This document shows positions 19,695 to 32,914 of a DNA stretch of 64,000 nucleotides, piece after piece. The position numbers were made by a program, and so were the translations under genes. The notes beneath the pieces were generated by a model. It made no database searches. It worked only from the letters and a program-made list of their open reading frames with translations, and was not told the DNA's origin. Source of the stretch: an uncultured Alphaproteobacteria bacterium (GTDB lineage: Bacteria; Electryoneota; RPQS01); the NCBI GenBank assembly GCA_964530625.1, contig CAZHAK010000012.1:8654-72653 (forward strand). The letters run 5' to 3'. How positions within the stretch are numbered: position 1 is the stretch's first letter; each line of letters starts with the position of its first letter.

Positions 19695-20319
19695 GATTCA
19701 ACCCTTTCAACAAAGCGGGCACCGCACTCTTTTGAATCAGGATAGTTGAGCAATTCAACAAGTCGCGTGTGGACGCGGCTTCAGCGCGAGTAGCACCTGC
19801 ACCCGGCAGATTGCGCACGCTGCGAAGGATGTTGGGATTGAAATCGGGAGTCAGAATCAAGACCTTTTGATCGGCCAAATCCATTTTCGCGATCATGTTC
19901 GCCATGTCCTTCGTTTTTGGTGTATCCATGGCAAAATCTTCCAGTACGCGAATACGATCTTCGCGTGCTTTCATAATAAGAGCGCTCCGACGGGCGAGCA
20001 CCTTGACTTTTTGCGGAACACCGACGGAATACGTGTGCGGCATCGGTCCAAAGATCGTACCACCACCCGGATTGAGCGGGGAACGGGTTGAACCTTGACG
20101 AGCGACACCTCTACCCTTTTGCTTAAAGGGCTTGCGACCACCACCGCGAACATAGCTGCGGCTCTTAGTCTTATGCGTGCCCTGACGACCGGCGGCTTCT
20201 TCGGCGCGCACGGCAAGCCAGATCGCGTGTTCATTGGGCTCTTGTGAAAGCAGGCTATCCGGTAACTCAACCGTCTCGCTGCCCACTGAACCGTCCTTTT
20301 TGTAAACTTTTAGATTCAT
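19684..20319 (-). CDS. rplD: 50S ribosomal protein L4.
   Basis: 211 aa, L4-like, in S10-operon order. Confidence 0.9.
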   Translation of the reverse strand: MNLKVYKKDGSVGSETVELPDSLLSQEPNEHAIWLAVRAEEAAGRQGTHKTKSRSYVRGGGRKPFKQKGRGVARQGSTRSPLNPGGGTIFGPMPHTYSVGVPQKVKVLARRSALIMKAREDRIRVLEDFAMDTPKTKDMANMIAKMDLADQKVLILTPDFNPNILRSVRNLPGAGATRAEAASTRDLLNCSTILIQKSAVPALLKGLNHAA

Positions 20320-20942
20320 CAGGTCAACTTCCCAACGATTACGATGCCATGATTCGGGCCGGGAATAGCTCCGCGGATCATGATCAAATTGGCATCCGCA
20401 TCCACGCGAATGACCTTCAGATTCTTGACAGTGACACGATCCGCACCCATTCGGCCCGGCATTCTCACGCCCGGCAGAGTACGACCCGGAAAGGTGTTAG
20501 AACCAATGGAACCACCGTGACGAAAGAACTCGTGCGTACCGTGCGTCATTGGCGGACGATGAAACTTATGGCGCTTGATCACGCCGGCAAAACCGCGGCC
20601 CTTAGAGGTGCCGACGACCTGCACTTTTTCACCCACGGTAAAGAGATCGCAACTGATAGAGTCGCCGACTTTCTTGCCTTCGACGGCCATATCCCGGAAC
20701 TCGCGTTCGTAGGTAGGCGCCGTGATCCCAAGATGCTTGTAATGTCCTTTTTGCGGCATGCGCACGAGTTTATCGCGCTTCTGACCGTAGCCGAGACACA
20801 TGGCGGTATAGCCGTGCTTATCGACGGTGCGGACGTTAGTGATTTGGTTGGGTCCGAGTTCAATGACGGTTACCGGAATAACGGCGCCCTTTTCATCAAA
20901 CACACGGGACATACCCACTTTTTTGCCAATCAGGCCTGTCAT
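20319..20942 (-). CDS. rplC: 50S ribosomal protein L3.
   Basis: [28 protein letters not shown]... matches L3. Confidence 0.9.
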   Translation of the reverse strand: MTGLIGKKVGMSRVFDEKGAVIPVTVIELGPNQITNVRTVDKHGYTAMCLGYGQKRDKLVRMPQKGHYKHLGITAPTYEREFRDMAVEGKKVGDSISCDLFTVGEKVQVVGTSKGRGFAGVIKRHKFHRPPMTHGTHEFFRHGGSIGSNTFPGRTLPGVRMPGRMGADRVTVKNLKVIRVDADANLIMIRGAIPGPNHGIVIVGKLT

Positions 20943-21250
20943 GTCTTGATCTCGATGTCAACACCCGCCGGAAGCTCGATACGAATCAACGCGTCGATGG
21001 TCTTAGGCGAGGAATTATGGATGTCGATGAGACGCTTATGAATTCTCGTCTCAAACTGTTCACGTGATTTTTTATCCGCGTGCGGCGACCGATTTACGGT
21101 GAAAAGGCTGCGTCGCGTGGGCAAAGGAATCGGACCGGAGATAACCGCGCCCGTTTGTTTTGCCGTTTGGATAATTTTTTCGGTTGATTTGTCGATCAAG
21201 TTATGATCGTAACTTTTCAGCCGAATCCGAATGGAGGATTGTTGTGCCAT
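20939..21250 (-). CDS. rpsJ: 30S ribosomal protein S10.
   Basis: [20 protein letters not shown]... matches S10. It follows fusA directly, with no intervening tuf. Confidence 0.9.
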   Translation of the reverse strand: MAQQSSIRIRLKSYDHNLIDKSTEKIIQTAKQTGAVISGPIPLPTRRSLFTVNRSPHADKKSREQFETRIHKRLIDIHNSSPKTIDALIRIELPAGVDIEIKT

Positions 21251-21285
21251 GCCTGAGGTGGGGTTTTATGCGGATCGGCGGTAGG

Positions 21286-23391
21286 TCAGCGCTTCTCGAG
21301 AATCTTTTCCGAGATGGACTTGGGCACTTCCATGAAGTGGTCAAACTGCATGGAGAAGATTGCGCGGCCCTGAGTCAACGAACGCAGGCTGGTCGCATAA
21401 CCGAACATTTCCGAAAGGGGAACCATAGCGTTGACGACCTGTCCGTCGGCACGGGGATGCATATCCTGAATCCGGCCACGGCGCGAGTTGATATCGCCGA
21501 CGACATTACCTAAATACGAATCGGGGGTAACAACTTCGACCTTCATGATCGGCTCCATCAGCGCGGGGTTGCCTTTCTTGACGGCTTCTTTCAAAGCCAT
21601 GCCACCGCAAATCTTGAAGGCCATTTCATTTGAGTCAACTTCGTGGTAGGAACCGTCCACAAGTTCAACCTTAACATCCATGATCGGGTAGCCCGCGAGT
21701 GGGCCGTTGCTCATAGCTTCTTCCATACCTTTGTGCAAGGCAGGAACGTATTCCTTGGGAATCGCGCCGCCGACGATCTTATTTTCAAAAATCAAACCGC
21801 TGCCCGGAGGACCGGGCTCAACGTTGATCACGCAATGGGCGAACTGACCACGGCCGCCCGACTGCTTGACAAACTTATGGTTAACCGTACTGGCCTGGCG
21901 GATACACTCTTTGTACGAAACTTGCGGAGCGCCGACGATAGCCTCTACTTTGAATTCGCGCAACAGGCGATCCACCAGGATTTCCAGATGCAACTCACCC
22001 ATACCTGCGATAATTGTCTGACCAGTTTCCTCGTTGAACTTCACAATGAAAGTGGGATCTTCTTCAGCCAAACGACCAAGGGATTCAGAAATTCTATCCT
22101 GATCGGCACGGGTCTTCGGTTCAATCGCAATTTCAATTACAGGCGTCGGGAAGTCCATCTTTTCGAGCAGAATCGGCGACTTCGGATCACACAGGGTATC
22201 CCCTGTGCGCACGTCTTTCAATCCGACGACGGCACAAATATCACCTGCGGACACCGCTTGCATTTCTTCGCGCTTATCAGCGAACATGCGGACGATTCGC
22301 GAGATGCGCTCGCGCTTGTCACGGGTCGAGTTGTAGATAGCGGAACCAGCGTCCAGTTTGCCGGCGTACACACGAACAAAAGTCAAACGGCCCACATAAG
22401 GATCCGTCATTATTTTGAACGCCAACGCTGAGAAAGGTTCATTAACATCCGGTTGACGAAGCAGTTCTTCTTCCGTGTTGGGATTGATACCCTTCACAGC
22501 GCCGATGTCAAGCGGCGACGGCAGAAGATCTACAATGGAATCGAGCAGCTTTTGCACGCCCTTGTTCTTGAATGAGGCTCCGCACAAGACGGGGAAACAC
22601 TTCAAAGAAATTGTCGCTTTGCGCAACGCCGCCATGATCTCTTCAGCTAAAAGAGGTTCCCCGGCGAGGAACTTCTCAAGCAAATGATCATCAAACTCAG
22701 CCACCGATTCGAGCAGCTTTTCACGCCAGTGATTGGCAATGTCAAACATGTCTTTCGGGACATCAAATTCCTCGAAATGCAGGCCGTGGGAATCTTCCAC
22801 CCAAACAATTGACTTGAAAGAAACAAGATCAATAATCCCTTGGAACATATCCGCCGAGCCCATAGGAATAGTGACGGGAACCGGGTTCGCATGAAGCTGT
22901 GTCTTGATCATTTCGACCGCGCGGAAGAAATCTGCTCCGGCGCGATCCATCTTGTTCACAAAACAGATGCGAGGAACTTTGTAGCGGTTAGCCTGACGCC
23001 AAACCGTTTCCGACTGCGGCTCGACACCACCAACGGCGCAGAACAATGCGACGGCTCCGTCCAAGACGCGCAGACTGCGCTCGACTTCGACAGTAAAGTC
23101 CACGTGGCCGGGAGTATCAATGATATTGATCCGGTGATCGCGCCATTCGCACGTGGTCGCCGCGGACGTAATCGTGATCCCGCGCTCTTTTTCCTGCTCC
23201 ATCCAGTCCATAGTCGCGCCGCCTTCATGGACTTCACCCATGCGGTGGAGACGGCCTGTATAGTACAGGATACGCTCCGTCGTAGTCGTCTTCCCGGCGT
23301 CAATATGGGCCATAATGCCGATATTGCGCGTGCGAGTCAGATCAACAGAGGATTCTACTTTATTCTTGGTTTCTGTAGCAGTCGAGGACAC
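21286..23391 (-). CDS. fusA: Elongation factor G.
   Basis: The 701-aa ORF has the G-domain motifs [17 protein letters not shown] and NKMD, plus the full EF-G domain set. Confidence 0.95.
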   Translation of the reverse strand: MSSTATETKNKVESSVDLTRTRNIGIMAHIDAGKTTTTERILYYTGRLHRMGEVHEGGATMDWMEQEKERGITITSAATTCEWRDHRINIIDTPGHVDFTVEVERSLRVLDGAVALFCAVGGVEPQSETVWRQANRYKVPRICFVNKMDRAGADFFRAVEMIKTQLHANPVPVTIPMGSADMFQGIIDLVSFKSIVWVEDSHGLHFEEFDVPKDMFDIANHWREKLLESVAEFDDHLLEKFLAGEPLLAEEIMAALRKATISLKCFPVLCGASFKNKGVQKLLDSIVDLLPSPLDIGAVKGINPNTEEELLRQPDVNEPFSALAFKIMTDPYVGRLTFVRVYAGKLDAGSAIYNSTRDKRERISRIVRMFADKREEMQAVSAGDICAVVGLKDVRTGDTLCDPKSPILLEKMDFPTPVIEIAIEPKTRADQDRISESLGRLAEEDPTFIVKFNEETGQTIIAGMGELHLEILVDRLLREFKVEAIVGAPQVSYKECIRQASTVNHKFVKQSGGRGQFAHCVINVEPGPPGSGLIFENKIVGGAIPKEYVPALHKGMEEAMSNGPLAGYPIMDVKVELVDGSYHEVDSNEMAFKICGGMALKEAVKKGNPALMEPIMKVEVVTPDSYLGNVVGDINSRRGRIQDMHPRADGQVVNAMVPLSEMFGYATSLRSLTQGRAIFSMQFDHFMEVPKSISEKILEKR

Positions 23392-23434
23392 TATTGGTTC
23401 ACCGTTGTCAATTCAAATTCACAGATTGCAAATA

Positions 23435-23905
23435 TTACCATCTAAAATGGGCGAAGGCCTTGTTGGCTTCGGCCATTTTGTGCGTATCTTCTTTTTTCTT
23501 GACGGAGTTGCCTTCGCCTTTGGCGGCGGCAATCAATTCTCCAGCAAGCTTTTCAGCCATCGTCTTTTCACCTCGTGACTTCGAATAAGAAATCAGCCAG
23601 CGGATGGCAAGCGCCTGGCGACGGGAGGGGTTCACTTCAACAGGCACCTGATAGGTCGCACCACCGACTCGGCGACTCTTGACCTCGACGACCGGGGCAA
23701 CGTTTTTCATCGCCTTGACGAAAATTTCCAGCGGGTCGCTCTTAGCCTTGGTTTGAATAATATCAAACGCACCATAGAACATACGCTCGGCGATAGACCG
23801 CTTGCCGCGACGCAACAAACCATTGATGAAACACGCGACCTGCAACGATCCAAATTTGGGATCAGCAGGGACTTCGCGGTCGAATATTCTTTTACGACGT
23901 GGCAT
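23435..23905 (-). CDS. rpsG: 30S ribosomal protein S7.
   Basis: [20 protein letters not shown]... matches S7. Confidence 0.9.
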   Translation of the reverse strand: MPRRKRIFDREVPADPKFGSLQVACFINGLLRRGKRSIAERMFYGAFDIIQTKAKSDPLEIFVKAMKNVAPVVEVKSRRVGGATYQVPVEVNPSRRQALAIRWLISYSKSRGEKTMAEKLAGELIAAAKGEGNSVKKKEDTHKMAEANKAFAHFRW

Positions 23906-23925
23906 AGTTCAATTACGCTTTTCGA

Positions 23926-24321
23926 CTACTTCTTGCCTTTGCCAGCGGCAACGGTTTTCTTTTTCGTGCCATATTTCGAGCGGCCTTGTTTACGGCCATC
24001 CACACCCGCAGTATCCAAAATTCCACGAATAATGTGATAACGCACGCCCGGTAGATCCTTGACGCGTCCTCCGCGAATCATCACGAGCGAGTGTTCTTGC
24101 AAGTTGTGACCTTCGCCGGGGATATAGGCGGTCACAACAATCCCGTTCGTGAGCTTCACACGTGCGACCTTGCGAAGAGCCGAATTTGGCTTTTTCGGGG
24201 TGGTCGTGTAGACACGAGTGCAGACACCACGGCGCTGCGGGCAGTTCATTAAAGCCGGTGAAGACGACTTAAACTTGATTGCTTCGCGGCCTGAACGGAT
24301 GAGTTGTTGTATTGTGGGCAC
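23926..24321 (-). CDS. rpsL: 30S ribosomal protein S12.
   Basis: [13 protein letters not shown]...[19 protein letters not shown] matches S12. Confidence 0.9.
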   Translation of the reverse strand: MPTIQQLIRSGREAIKFKSSSPALMNCPQRRGVCTRVYTTTPKKPNSALRKVARVKLTNGIVVTAYIPGEGHNLQEHSLVMIRGGRVKDLPGVRYHIIRGILDTAGVDGRKQGRSKYGTKKKTVAAGKGKK

Positions 24322-24353
24322 GTTTCGAGGAAAATTTGATGCGTAGATTGGCT

Positions 24354-24382
24354 AATGTAATAAACCGCGCTTGGAAAGTCAA
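24354..24382 (-). promoter_or_regulatory. Candidate sigma70-type promoter of the str operon (rpsL-rpsG-fusA-rpsJ...).
   Basis: On the minus strand the sequence reads TTGACT, then a 17-nt spacer, then TACATT. It is about 30 nt upstream of the rpsL ATG and immediately downstream of the rpoC terminator. Confidence 0.4.
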
Positions 24383-24388
24383 GTCTTT

Positions 24389-24428
24389 GGAAAACAGACC
24401 CCGGGCGGCCTGAAAGCCGCCTGGGGTC
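24389..24428 (-). terminator. Rho-independent terminator after rpoC.
   Basis: On the minus strand the sequence reads GACCCCAGGCGGCtttcaGGCCGCCCGGGGTC followed by TGTTTTCC. Confidence 0.55.
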
Positions 24429-24468
24429 CGGACAAACATTTAATAGCAGAAAAAACAGTAGCTTCTGA

Positions 24469-27400
24469 TTATTCCTGCGGAATTGGTGGCGTTGAATCCT
24501 GAGTTGCCGCCTCGCCTAAGTCCTCCTCCAAGCCTCCAGCTCTATGCTCAAGACTGTGCATAAGTTCGGACATTTCGATGCGGAAATCCCGGGCCAATTC
24601 CTCCTCTTCTTCCTCGGGTCTGACAATCTCAATCTTGGAGTATTTGTTCAGTCCGGTTCCAGCAGGAATCAGGTGACCTAAGATCACGTTTTCCTTAAGA
24701 CCGGCCAAGGTATCCACTTTATTTGCAATGGCGGCGTCAGTCAGCACGCTGGTCGTCTGCTGGAAACTGGCGGCGGAAATAAAGCTGTCCGTGGACAAGC
24801 TGGCCTGGGTGATGCCCAGCAACACGGGTGAGTAGGTCGCTGGCCGCGCGGCACGGGACTTACCGGTATCACCACCGTCGGCTTTGATCGCCCGGTTAGC
24901 ACGATTGAATTCCGTCTTCTCCAGAATCTGGCCGAGCTTAAAGTCGGACGCTCCGACGTCCTCGACAACCACTTTGGCTACAAGCAGCTCATTTTCGCGT
25001 GTGAATTTGATGCGGTCAACGTGGTCACCTTCAAGATGGCGGGTGTCGCCTGGATCGTCAATCCGCACTTTCTGGAGCATCTGCCGCACGATCACTTCAA
25101 TGTGCTTATCGTTGATCGACACGCCCTGCGAGCGATAGACTTCCTGGATCTCTTTCGCGAGATATTCCTGTACACGATTCGGTCCTTGAATAGCGAGAAT
25201 ATCATGCGGCGCGACAGATCCTTCCGTAATTTTTTCGCCTGCGGACACGCGGTCATGGTCATGCACGAGAATGTGCTTGCCATAGGGCACCGCATAGTTT
25301 TTCGAGACTGAACCGTCTTCCGAAGTCACCGTCACGACACGCACGCCGCGCTTCAAACCGCCGAAGCGAACGACGCCGTCAATTTCAGTCACAATCGCCG
25401 GGTCTTTCGGCTTACGAGCTTCAAAGAGTTCGGTTACACGCGGCAGACCACCGGTGATGTCACGAATTGCTTGCGATTTACGCGGCATCTTGGCTAACGG
25501 ATCACCTATCTTAACGGACATCCCTTCTTCGACCAACAAGTGAGCGCCGATTGGCAGCACATGATTGGCCAGACGATTGCCCTCTTCATCAACGATCAGA
25601 ATGTGCGGGTTCATTTTACGATCACGGGACTCTATGATCATCTTATGTTTCATACCCGTGGCCTCGTCCACGTCCTCGTGGAAAGTCAGATCCTGCTTAA
25701 TATCAATGAAGTGCAGCTTGCCGGATCTGGACGCCAGAATCGAATCCGCATAAGGATCCCACTCGAACAGCAAGTGTCCAGCCTTGACGACTTCTCCTTC
25801 TTCAACATAAACATGAGCGCCGTACGGCAGTTTGTAGCGGGCGACCTGACGGTTATTGTCGTCGAGTAGTTTGATGGTCGCGCTGCGGCGGATTGAAATA
25901 CGTGTGCCGTCTTCCCGCTGAATGAAGTCCACGTTTTCAAAGACCACACGGCCCGGCTTCTTGGCGATTCGCTGAGACTCTGATACATCGCGGGACGCAG
26001 CACCTCCGATATGAAACGTACGAAGTGTCAGCTGCGTGCCCGGCTCGCCGACCGACTGAGCGGCCATCACACCGACGGCTTCACCCATATCCACCATGCG
26101 GCCCGTGGCCAAATTAATGCCGTAACAACGGGCACAGATACCGCGCGTACTTTCACAGGTCAGCACGGACCGTATCCGCAGATGAGTAATCCCGGCCTTC
26201 GCGAGATGGTTTGCTTCCTCTTCACGAACAAGAGTGTTCACATCAAGAATTTTTTCGTTCGTCACGGGATCAAACACGTCGTCGGCCAAAACACGGCCCA
26301 TGACTCGTTCGTGCAATTGCTCGGTGACTTCCTCGCCTTCCTGCACTTCTTCGAGCAAAATGCCGCGCAAAGTGCCACAATCGAACTCGCGCACGATGAC
26401 ATCCTGCGCTACGTCCACGAGACGACGGGTGAGATACCCTGCGTCCGCCGTCTTGAGCGCGGTATCGGCCAACCCTTTACGCGCGCCGTGAGTTGAAATA
26501 AAGTACTCGAGCACGGTCAAACCTTCTTTGAAGTTTGCCGTAATCGGGCTTTCGATAATTTCACCCTTCTGGCCAGTCAAAGACTTCTGCGGCTTAGCCA
26601 TCAACCCACGCATCCCCGCCAATTGGCGAATCTGTTCCTTGGAACCACGAGCACCCGAGTCGGCCATCATAAAGACCGAATTGAAACCGTCTTTCGAGTC
26701 ACGCAGTTTCGCGAACATCACCTCGGCAATATCAGTACTCGTGTGGGTCCAGATGTCGATGATTTTGTTGTAGCGCTCGCCGTCAGTGATAATACCGTCT
26801 TCGTACTGGCCCTGCACTTCATCAACCTTTTTATAGGCCGCTTGGATCAGGCGATCTTTTTCCGGTGGGATTTCGATGTCTACCAAGCCGATGGAGATGC
26901 CCGAGCCCGTGGCACTTTCAAATCCGAGCTTCTTCAAGTTATCAAGGAAGACGGACGTGTCAGCGATACCCACGGTCTGCACGCAGTAGTAGATAATTTC
27001 TTCAATGCGCTTCTTGGCCAGCATCTCATTGAAATAGCGCTTGGAAGTGACGCCGATCGGTAGAATCTGATTGAAGATCACGCGGCCGACGGTGGTTTCA
27101 ATCAAGCGCTCGCCGATACGCATCAGAATCACAGTGTGCAGGCCGATCCGCCCGTCATTGTGCGCCGCGATAATTTCCGACGGTCCAGAAAACACCTTTC
27201 CTTGAAACGGCTCGCCAAGCTTGCGCTTGGTCAAGTAATAGAGACCAAGCACCATGTCCTGATGGGGAACGGTGATCGGGCGTCCGTTGGCGGGATGCAA
27301 AATGTTGTTGCACGCGAGCATCAGCAAGCGCGCTTCAATCTGCGCTTCAAACGACAACGGTACGTGAACCGCCATCTGGTCACCGTCAAAGTCAGCGTTA

Positions 27401-28800
27401 AAAGCCTGACACACGAGCGGATGCAAACGAATCGCCTTGCCTTCGATCAGCAGCGGCTGAAACGCTTGGATTCCCAATCTGTGCAAGGTCGGTGCGCGAT
27501 TCAAAAGAACCGGATGGTCCTGAATAATTTCTTCCAGAATCGCCCAAACTTCGTCCGTCTTGCGCTCAACTAATCGCTTAGCAGATTTGACTGTTTTTGC
27601 ATATTCGTATTCGATCAGCTTGCGGATGATGAAGGGCTTGAAGAGCTCGACCGCCATTTCTTTCGGGAGGCCACACTCGTGCAATTTCAATTCAGGCCCG
27701 ACGACAATCACCGAACGGCCAGAATAGTCGACGCGCTTCCCGAGCAGGTTCTGCCGGAAGCGGCCTTGTTTACCCTTCAAGTTGTCGGACAAGCTCTTAA
27801 GCGGGCGATTACCATCCGACCTCACGGCCACGGACTTACGTCCGTTGTCAAAGAGCGAATCCACAGCTTCCTGCAACATGCGCTTTTCGTTGCGCAAAAT
27901 TACCTCAGGTGCGCGAATCTCTATCAATCGTTTCAAGCGATTGTTGCGGATAATCACGCGGCGATAGAGGTCATTTAAGTCAGAGGTTGCGAAGCGACCG
28001 CCTTCGAGCGGCACCAAGGGACGCAAGTCCGGCGGCACGACCGGCACGACGGACATGACCATCCAGTCGGGCTGATTGAGTTTGCCGTTTTCCGCTTGCT
28101 TGAACGACTCGATTACGCGTAATTTCTTAATCGCGTCGACTTTGCGCTGAGCGCTGGTTTCGACTTTGATTTGCGCGCGCAGTTCGATCGACAACTGATC
28201 CACGTCTTCAGATCCAAGCAGATCACGAATCGCGTCACCGCCCATTTTGGCGATGAAACGTTCTTCCGGCGGCAGGGCGTCCTGCGGTCCGAGTGCTTGC
28301 AATGTTTCAAGGTACTCGTTTTCTGACAACAAGTCCTTACGGCGCAAGTCTGCGCGGCCCGGTTGAATCACGCAATACGACTCGTAGTAGATGACCTGCT
28401 CAAGTTCGCGGGTGCTCATGTTCAGCACATACGAAATCTTCGACGGCAAACTACGGAAGTACCAGATGTGCACGACAGGCACGGCCAGCGAAATATGACC
28501 CATGCGCTTGCGGCGAACATCCTTCTTCGTGACCTCCACACCGCAACGATCGCACACGATGCCCTTGTAGCGAATGCCGCGATACTTACCGCAATGACAT
28601 TCCCAATCCTTGACGGGACCAAAAATTTTCTCGCAGAACAGACCGTCTTTTTCCGGTTTGTAACTACGATAGTTGATGGTCTCAGGCTTTGTGACTTCAC
28701 CGTGCGACCATGACAGAATCATGTCAGGCGAAGCAAGGCTGACAGAAATTTCGGAGTACCTGCGGGGTTCGTGCTCTGCAGCAGCAGCGAAATGCAGCAT
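24469..28800 (-). CDS. rpoC: DNA-directed RNA polymerase subunit beta'.
   Basis: The 1443-aa ORF has the Zn-binding N-terminus [23 protein letters not shown], the catalytic NADFDGD motif and the conserved trigger-loop and bridge-helix regions. Confidence 0.95.
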   Translation of the reverse strand: MLHFAAAAEHEPRRYSEISVSLASPDMILSWSHGEVTKPETINYRSYKPEKDGLFCEKIFGPVKDWECHCGKYRGIRYKGIVCDRCGVEVTKKDVRRKRMGHISLAVPVVHIWYFRSLPSKISYVLNMSTRELEQVIYYESYCVIQPGRADLRRKDLLSENEYLETLQALGPQDALPPEERFIAKMGGDAIRDLLGSEDVDQLSIELRAQIKVETSAQRKVDAIKKLRVIESFKQAENGKLNQPDWMVMSVVPVVPPDLRPLVPLEGGRFATSDLNDLYRRVIIRNNRLKRLIEIRAPEVILRNEKRMLQEAVDSLFDNGRKSVAVRSDGNRPLKSLSDNLKGKQGRFRQNLLGKRVDYSGRSVIVVGPELKLHECGLPKEMAVELFKPFIIRKLIEYEYAKTVKSAKRLVERKTDEVWAILEEIIQDHPVLLNRAPTLHRLGIQAFQPLLIEGKAIRLHPLVCQAFNADFDGDQMAVHVPLSFEAQIEARLLMLACNNILHPANGRPITVPHQDMVLGLYYLTKRKLGEPFQGKVFSGPSEIIAAHNDGRIGLHTVILMRIGERLIETTVGRVIFNQILPIGVTSKRYFNEMLAKKRIEEIIYYCVQTVGIADTSVFLDNLKKLGFESATGSGISIGLVDIEIPPEKDRLIQAAYKKVDEVQGQYEDGIITDGERYNKIIDIWTHTSTDIAEVMFAKLRDSKDGFNSVFMMADSGARGSKEQIRQLAGMRGLMAKPQKSLTGQKGEIIESPITANFKEGLTVLEYFISTHGARKGLADTALKTADAGYLTRRLVDVAQDVIVREFDCGTLRGILLEEVQEGEEVTEQLHERVMGRVLADDVFDPVTNEKILDVNTLVREEEANHLAKAGITHLRIRSVLTCESTRGICARCYGINLATGRMVDMGEAVGVMAAQSVGEPGTQLTLRTFHIGGAASRDVSESQRIAKKPGRVVFENVDFIQREDGTRISIRRSATIKLLDDNNRQVARYKLPYGAHVYVEEGEVVKAGHLLFEWDPYADSILASRSGKLHFIDIKQDLTFHEDVDEATGMKHKMIIESRDRKMNPHILIVDEEGNRLANHVLPIGAHLLVEEGMSVKIGDPLAKMPRKSQAIRDITGGLPRVTELFEARKPKDPAIVTEIDGVVRFGGLKRGVRVVTVTSEDGSVSKNYAVPYGKHILVHDHDRVSAGEKITEGSVAPHDILAIQGPNRVQEYLAKEIQEVYRSQGVSINDKHIEVIVRQMLQKVRIDDPGDTRHLEGDHVDRIKFTRENELLVAKVVVEDVGASDFKLGQILEKTEFNRANRAIKADGGDTGKSRAARPATYSPVLLGITQASLSTDSFISAASFQQTTSVLTDAAIANKVDTLAGLKENVILGHLIPAGTGLNKYSKIEIVRPEEEEEELARDFRIEMSELMHSLEHRAGGLEEDLGEAATQDSTPPIPQE

Positions 28801-28885
28801 TCATGGCTCCTTATTCTTATGATCGCGTTACCGCGACCGAAATTAACAACACATAAAAAACGAACGAAGCGAGCAGCGCAGAACG

Positions 28886-31800
28886 TTACTCGCGCAGATC
28901 CACGTCAATACCCAATCCGCGAAGTTCGTTCACAAGAACGTGGAACGATTCCGGAATACCTGGCGCGGGCAGATTGTCGCCTTTGACGATAGCTTCGTAG
29001 GTCCTCGCGCGACCGTTGATATCGTCCGACTTAATCGTAAGAATCTCTTGCAGGATGTGCGCGGCTCCGTAAGCTTCGAGCGCCCAGACTTCCATTTCTC
29101 CGAATCTCTGACCACCGAATTGCGCCTTGCCACCGAGCGGCTGCTGCGTAATCAAACTGTACGGTCCAATTGAACGCGCGTGGATTTTGTCGTCCACCAA
29201 ATGCGAAAGCTTCAGAACGTACATAAAGCCGACAGCGGTCTCCTCTTGGAAACGCACACCCGTGCGACCGTCAAAGAGATATGTCTTGCCATGCCGCGGC
29301 AGGCCAGCTCGATCCAGCCACTCTTCCACATCGGCGGTTTTCGCTCCGTCAAACACAGGCGTCGCGAAGTGTACACCGAGTCGGTGGGCAGCCCAGCCGA
29401 GAGTAGTTTCAAAAAGCTGGCCGATGTTCATACGAGAGGGAACCGACAGCGGATTCAGAATAATGTCAACAGGAGTTCCGTCCGACAGAAATGGCATGTC
29501 CTCAACGGGCACAACTTTACCGACGACGCCCTTGTTACCGTGGCGGCCTGCCATCTTATCGCCGACAGAGAGCTTACGTTTCTGTGCGACGTACACGCGC
29601 ACAAGTTGGACGATTCCGGGAGGAAGCTCGTCGCCGACTTCAATGCGGTAGCGCTCGTTTTTCAATTCAGTTTCATGCTCGAACAGGCGCTCGCGGAATT
29701 TGTCGAAGGACTGCGCGATCATCTCGTTTATGCCTTCGTTGCTGGTCCACTCAAAGCCGGATTCAATCCGATCCACATCCAAAGTTTGCAGCAGCGATTC
29801 CGTGAAGTTCGCGCCTTCGGAAACCATGATCTCAGTTTGATCACGGTCACGTATTTCGCGCGCTTTATGTCCACGCAACATCGAGTACAGCTCTTCCGCC
29901 AATTGCTTGCGCAGTCGTTGGCGTTCGCGCTCGTACTTTGCTTCCAAATCCTCGACGTGCTTCTTGTCTTCCTTGCGCGTTTTGGCGTCTTTCTTCTTGC
30001 GGCTGAACAGCTTGGTGTTAATCACAATACCGTACATACCAGTGTGCGCCTTGAGACTCGCGTCCTTAACATCGCCTGCCTTGTCTCCGAAGATGGCTTT
30101 AAGAAGCTTGTCTTCGGGAGTCAAATCGGTTTCGCCCTTCGGAGTCACCTTACCGACCAGTATATCTCCGGGCCTGACAATCGCGCCGATCCGAATCACG
30201 CCGATTTCGTCAATATTCCTGACCGCGTCTTCCGACACGTTGGGAATTTCACGAGTGAGTTCTTCTTCGCCGCGCTTGGTTTCGCGAACCTGAAGCTCAA
30301 GCTCTTCAATATTGATGGATGTGTAGACGTCGTCATACACAATGCGCTCGGAAACGATAATCGAGTCTTCAAAGTTGTAACCATGCCAGGGCATGAAGGC
30401 CACGAGAATATTACGACCCAAAGCAAGCTCACCGCGATCTGTGCCGCAACCATCAGCCAAAGTGGTTCCTGCTTTCACTTCATCGCCTTCCACCACGGAA
30501 GGCTTTTGATTGATGCAGGTATCCTGATTGGTGCGAACAAACTTTTTCAGTTTGTAGGTAATGGATTCAGGTTGCGAGACAGAGTTGCCTTCTTCATCAA
30601 CGGCCGGATTCGGACGGAAGATAATTTTGGTGCTGTCCACATACTCGACCACACCGTCACTTGGGGCCATAATCATGGTCCGTGAATCCACGGCAGCTTT
30701 GCGCTCCATGCCCGTGCCCACATAGGGAGCCTCAGGACGCAACAGCGGCACAGCCTGGCGCTGCATGTTCGATCCCATCAACGCACGGTTGGCGTCATCA
30801 TGCTCAAGGAATGGAATCAGCGCGGCAGCCACGGACACAATTTGCGAAGGCGCAACGTCCATGTATTCGATATTGTCCGGATGCGCCACGGGGAAATCGG
30901 CACGGTTTCGGCATTTCACGCGGTCCGTTTGGAATTCACCCTTTTGATTGATAGGCGTATTTGCCTGAGCAATCGTGACGCGATCCTCTTCGTCGGCGGA
31001 CAGGAACTTAATGGACTTGGTCACCTTGCTGCTCTTTACCGAGCGATATGGCGTTTCGACAAATCCCATTTCGTTGATCCGCGCGAACGTACACAAGGAC
31101 GAAATCAATCCGATATTCGGACCTTCAGGAGTTTCAATCGGGCAAAGACGGCCATAGTGAGTGTAATGGACGTCACGCACTTCAAAGCCTGCGCGCTCGC
31201 GCGTTAAACCGCCGGGGCCAAGCGCGGACAAGCGGCGTTTGTGCGTCAACTCGGTCAGCGGATTGACCATATCAAGAAACTGCGAAAGCTGATTGGTTCC
31301 GAAGAAACTGTTAATAACCGACGTAATCGTGCGGACGTTAATCAAGTCCTGCGGCGTCATGGCGTTCGCGTCGCGCAAATTCATGCGCTCCTTAATCGTG
31401 CGGGCCATACGTGACAGCGCCACGCTGAACTGGTTGGCGAGCTGTTCACCGACTGTACGCACGCGGCGATTGCCAAGGTGGTCGATATCGTCCGGCGCGG
31501 CACGACCCACGCGCAGTTTCAGCACGTGCTTCATAATCGCGACGATGTCTTCCGGCGTCAGCACGGCGCACTCGGGTGGCACGTTCAAGTCAAGCTTGTT
31601 GTTCAAACGATAGCGGCCTACGGCGCCGAGGTCGTAGCGTTTTTCATCAAAGAGCAAGCGCTCGAGGAACTTACGCGCGGTCTCGATATCCGGTGCGTCG
31701 CCGCTGCGTAATTCGCGGTAGATGACTTCCAACGCGTGATCCGTGGAACTCGACTTGTCCTTGTTCAAGGTGTTGATCAGGATGTCGTAAGACGTATCCT

Positions 31801-32665
31801 TCTTTTTCGGCTTGGACAAATCAACACTTTGCACACCGGCTTCGACCATCTTCGTCAGCAACTCGTCGGTCAACTCCGCTCCGGCGGTGGCGACCACTTC
31901 ACCGGTGGAAGAATTGACGGCGTCGGACACGAGCCTGCGTCCGACTTCCTTATTCAAATCCTTACGATTAGTCGGCACGGTTTCAACAAACCCGAACAGG
32001 TCAAGGATGTCGCGATTGGTTTGACTGCCCATCGCGCGCAAAAGCGTCGTGGCCGGGAATTTCTTGCGACGGTCAACATAGACGTTCAGTACGTCGTTGA
32101 TGTCGGTGGAAATTTCAATCCACGATCCGCGAAACGGAATGATGCGCGCGGAATAAATCTTCTTACCGTTGGGGTGCGTGTCTTCACCGAAGAACACACC
32201 GGGGCTGCGGTGAAGCTGCGACACAATCACCCGTTCGGCGCCGTTGATGATAAACGTGCCCGACGACGTCATTAGCGGCAGGTTGCCGAGATAGACGTCA
32301 CTTTCGATCGTTTGATCAAAAGAGCCGGCTTCGCTGGTTTCGTCGCGAGACGACAAACGCAGCTTCGCCTTCAGCGCAGCTTGAAACGTCACGCCGCGCT
32401 CGCGGCATTCGTCTTCTTCATATTTCGGACGTTCAACCGAATAATCAACATACTCGAGAATATGCGTCTCGCGATTGTCGATGATCGGAAAAATATTCCG
32501 GAACACCGCCTCAAGACCGTAAGCCCTGCGACGGTTAGGTGGCACATCAACCTGCAAAAAATCGCGGAAGCTCTTAAGCTGGACTTCGAGCAAGTCCGGC
32601 ATTTCATGAACTTCAGGAATCTTCGAGAAGTTGATGCGTTGAATGGTTCTCTGTGGATCGCGCAC
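28886..32665 (-). CDS. rpoB: DNA-directed RNA polymerase subunit beta.
   Basis: The 1259-aa ORF has conserved RpoB blocks (e.g. GDKMAGRHGNKGV, ...FGGQRFGEMEVWALEAYGAA...). Confidence 0.95.
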   Translation of the reverse strand: MRDPQRTIQRINFSKIPEVHEMPDLLEVQLKSFRDFLQVDVPPNRRRAYGLEAVFRNIFPIIDNRETHILEYVDYSVERPKYEEDECRERGVTFQAALKAKLRLSSRDETSEAGSFDQTIESDVYLGNLPLMTSSGTFIINGAERVIVSQLHRSPGVFFGEDTHPNGKKIYSARIIPFRGSWIEISTDINDVLNVYVDRRKKFPATTLLRAMGSQTNRDILDLFGFVETVPTNRKDLNKEVGRRLVSDAVNSSTGEVVATAGAELTDELLTKMVEAGVQSVDLSKPKKKDTSYDILINTLNKDKSSSTDHALEVIYRELRSGDAPDIETARKFLERLLFDEKRYDLGAVGRYRLNNKLDLNVPPECAVLTPEDIVAIMKHVLKLRVGRAAPDDIDHLGNRRVRTVGEQLANQFSVALSRMARTIKERMNLRDANAMTPQDLINVRTITSVINSFFGTNQLSQFLDMVNPLTELTHKRRLSALGPGGLTRERAGFEVRDVHYTHYGRLCPIETPEGPNIGLISSLCTFARINEMGFVETPYRSVKSSKVTKSIKFLSADEEDRVTIAQANTPINQKGEFQTDRVKCRNRADFPVAHPDNIEYMDVAPSQIVSVAAALIPFLEHDDANRALMGSNMQRQAVPLLRPEAPYVGTGMERKAAVDSRTMIMAPSDGVVEYVDSTKIIFRPNPAVDEEGNSVSQPESITYKLKKFVRTNQDTCINQKPSVVEGDEVKAGTTLADGCGTDRGELALGRNILVAFMPWHGYNFEDSIIVSERIVYDDVYTSINIEELELQVRETKRGEEELTREIPNVSEDAVRNIDEIGVIRIGAIVRPGDILVGKVTPKGETDLTPEDKLLKAIFGDKAGDVKDASLKAHTGMYGIVINTKLFSRKKKDAKTRKEDKKHVEDLEAKYERERQRLRKQLAEELYSMLRGHKAREIRDRDQTEIMVSEGANFTESLLQTLDVDRIESGFEWTSNEGINEMIAQSFDKFRERLFEHETELKNERYRIEVGDELPPGIVQLVRVYVAQKRKLSVGDKMAGRHGNKGVVGKVVPVEDMPFLSDGTPVDIILNPLSVPSRMNIGQLFETTLGWAAHRLGVHFATPVFDGAKTADVEEWLDRAGLPRHGKTYLFDGRTGVRFQEETAVGFMYVLKLSHLVDDKIHARSIGPYSLITQQPLGGKAQFGGQRFGEMEVWALEAYGAAHILQEILTIKSDDINGRARTYEAIVKGDNLPAPGIPESFHVLVNELRGLGIDVDLRE

Positions 32666-32914
32666 AAAAGGCTCCCTTAGAATACCAGCAATGAATCTCG
32701 ATTTAGCCTTGTTCAGTGATTTCGCAAATCGGGATGATTCAACACATTGAACCCGAAACTACGCGTAAAAACAAGGAAGTTTTGAGCTATACAAACAAGC
32801 TCTTAATAAACGCAAATTGCCAAGTCTGACTTCAGCGCATTGGCTGCGCGGAAGGGACTCGGCAACCCGAGACGAAAACTCGGGAAAGCGCGGCGAAAGC
32901 AAGCGGCAAACGCC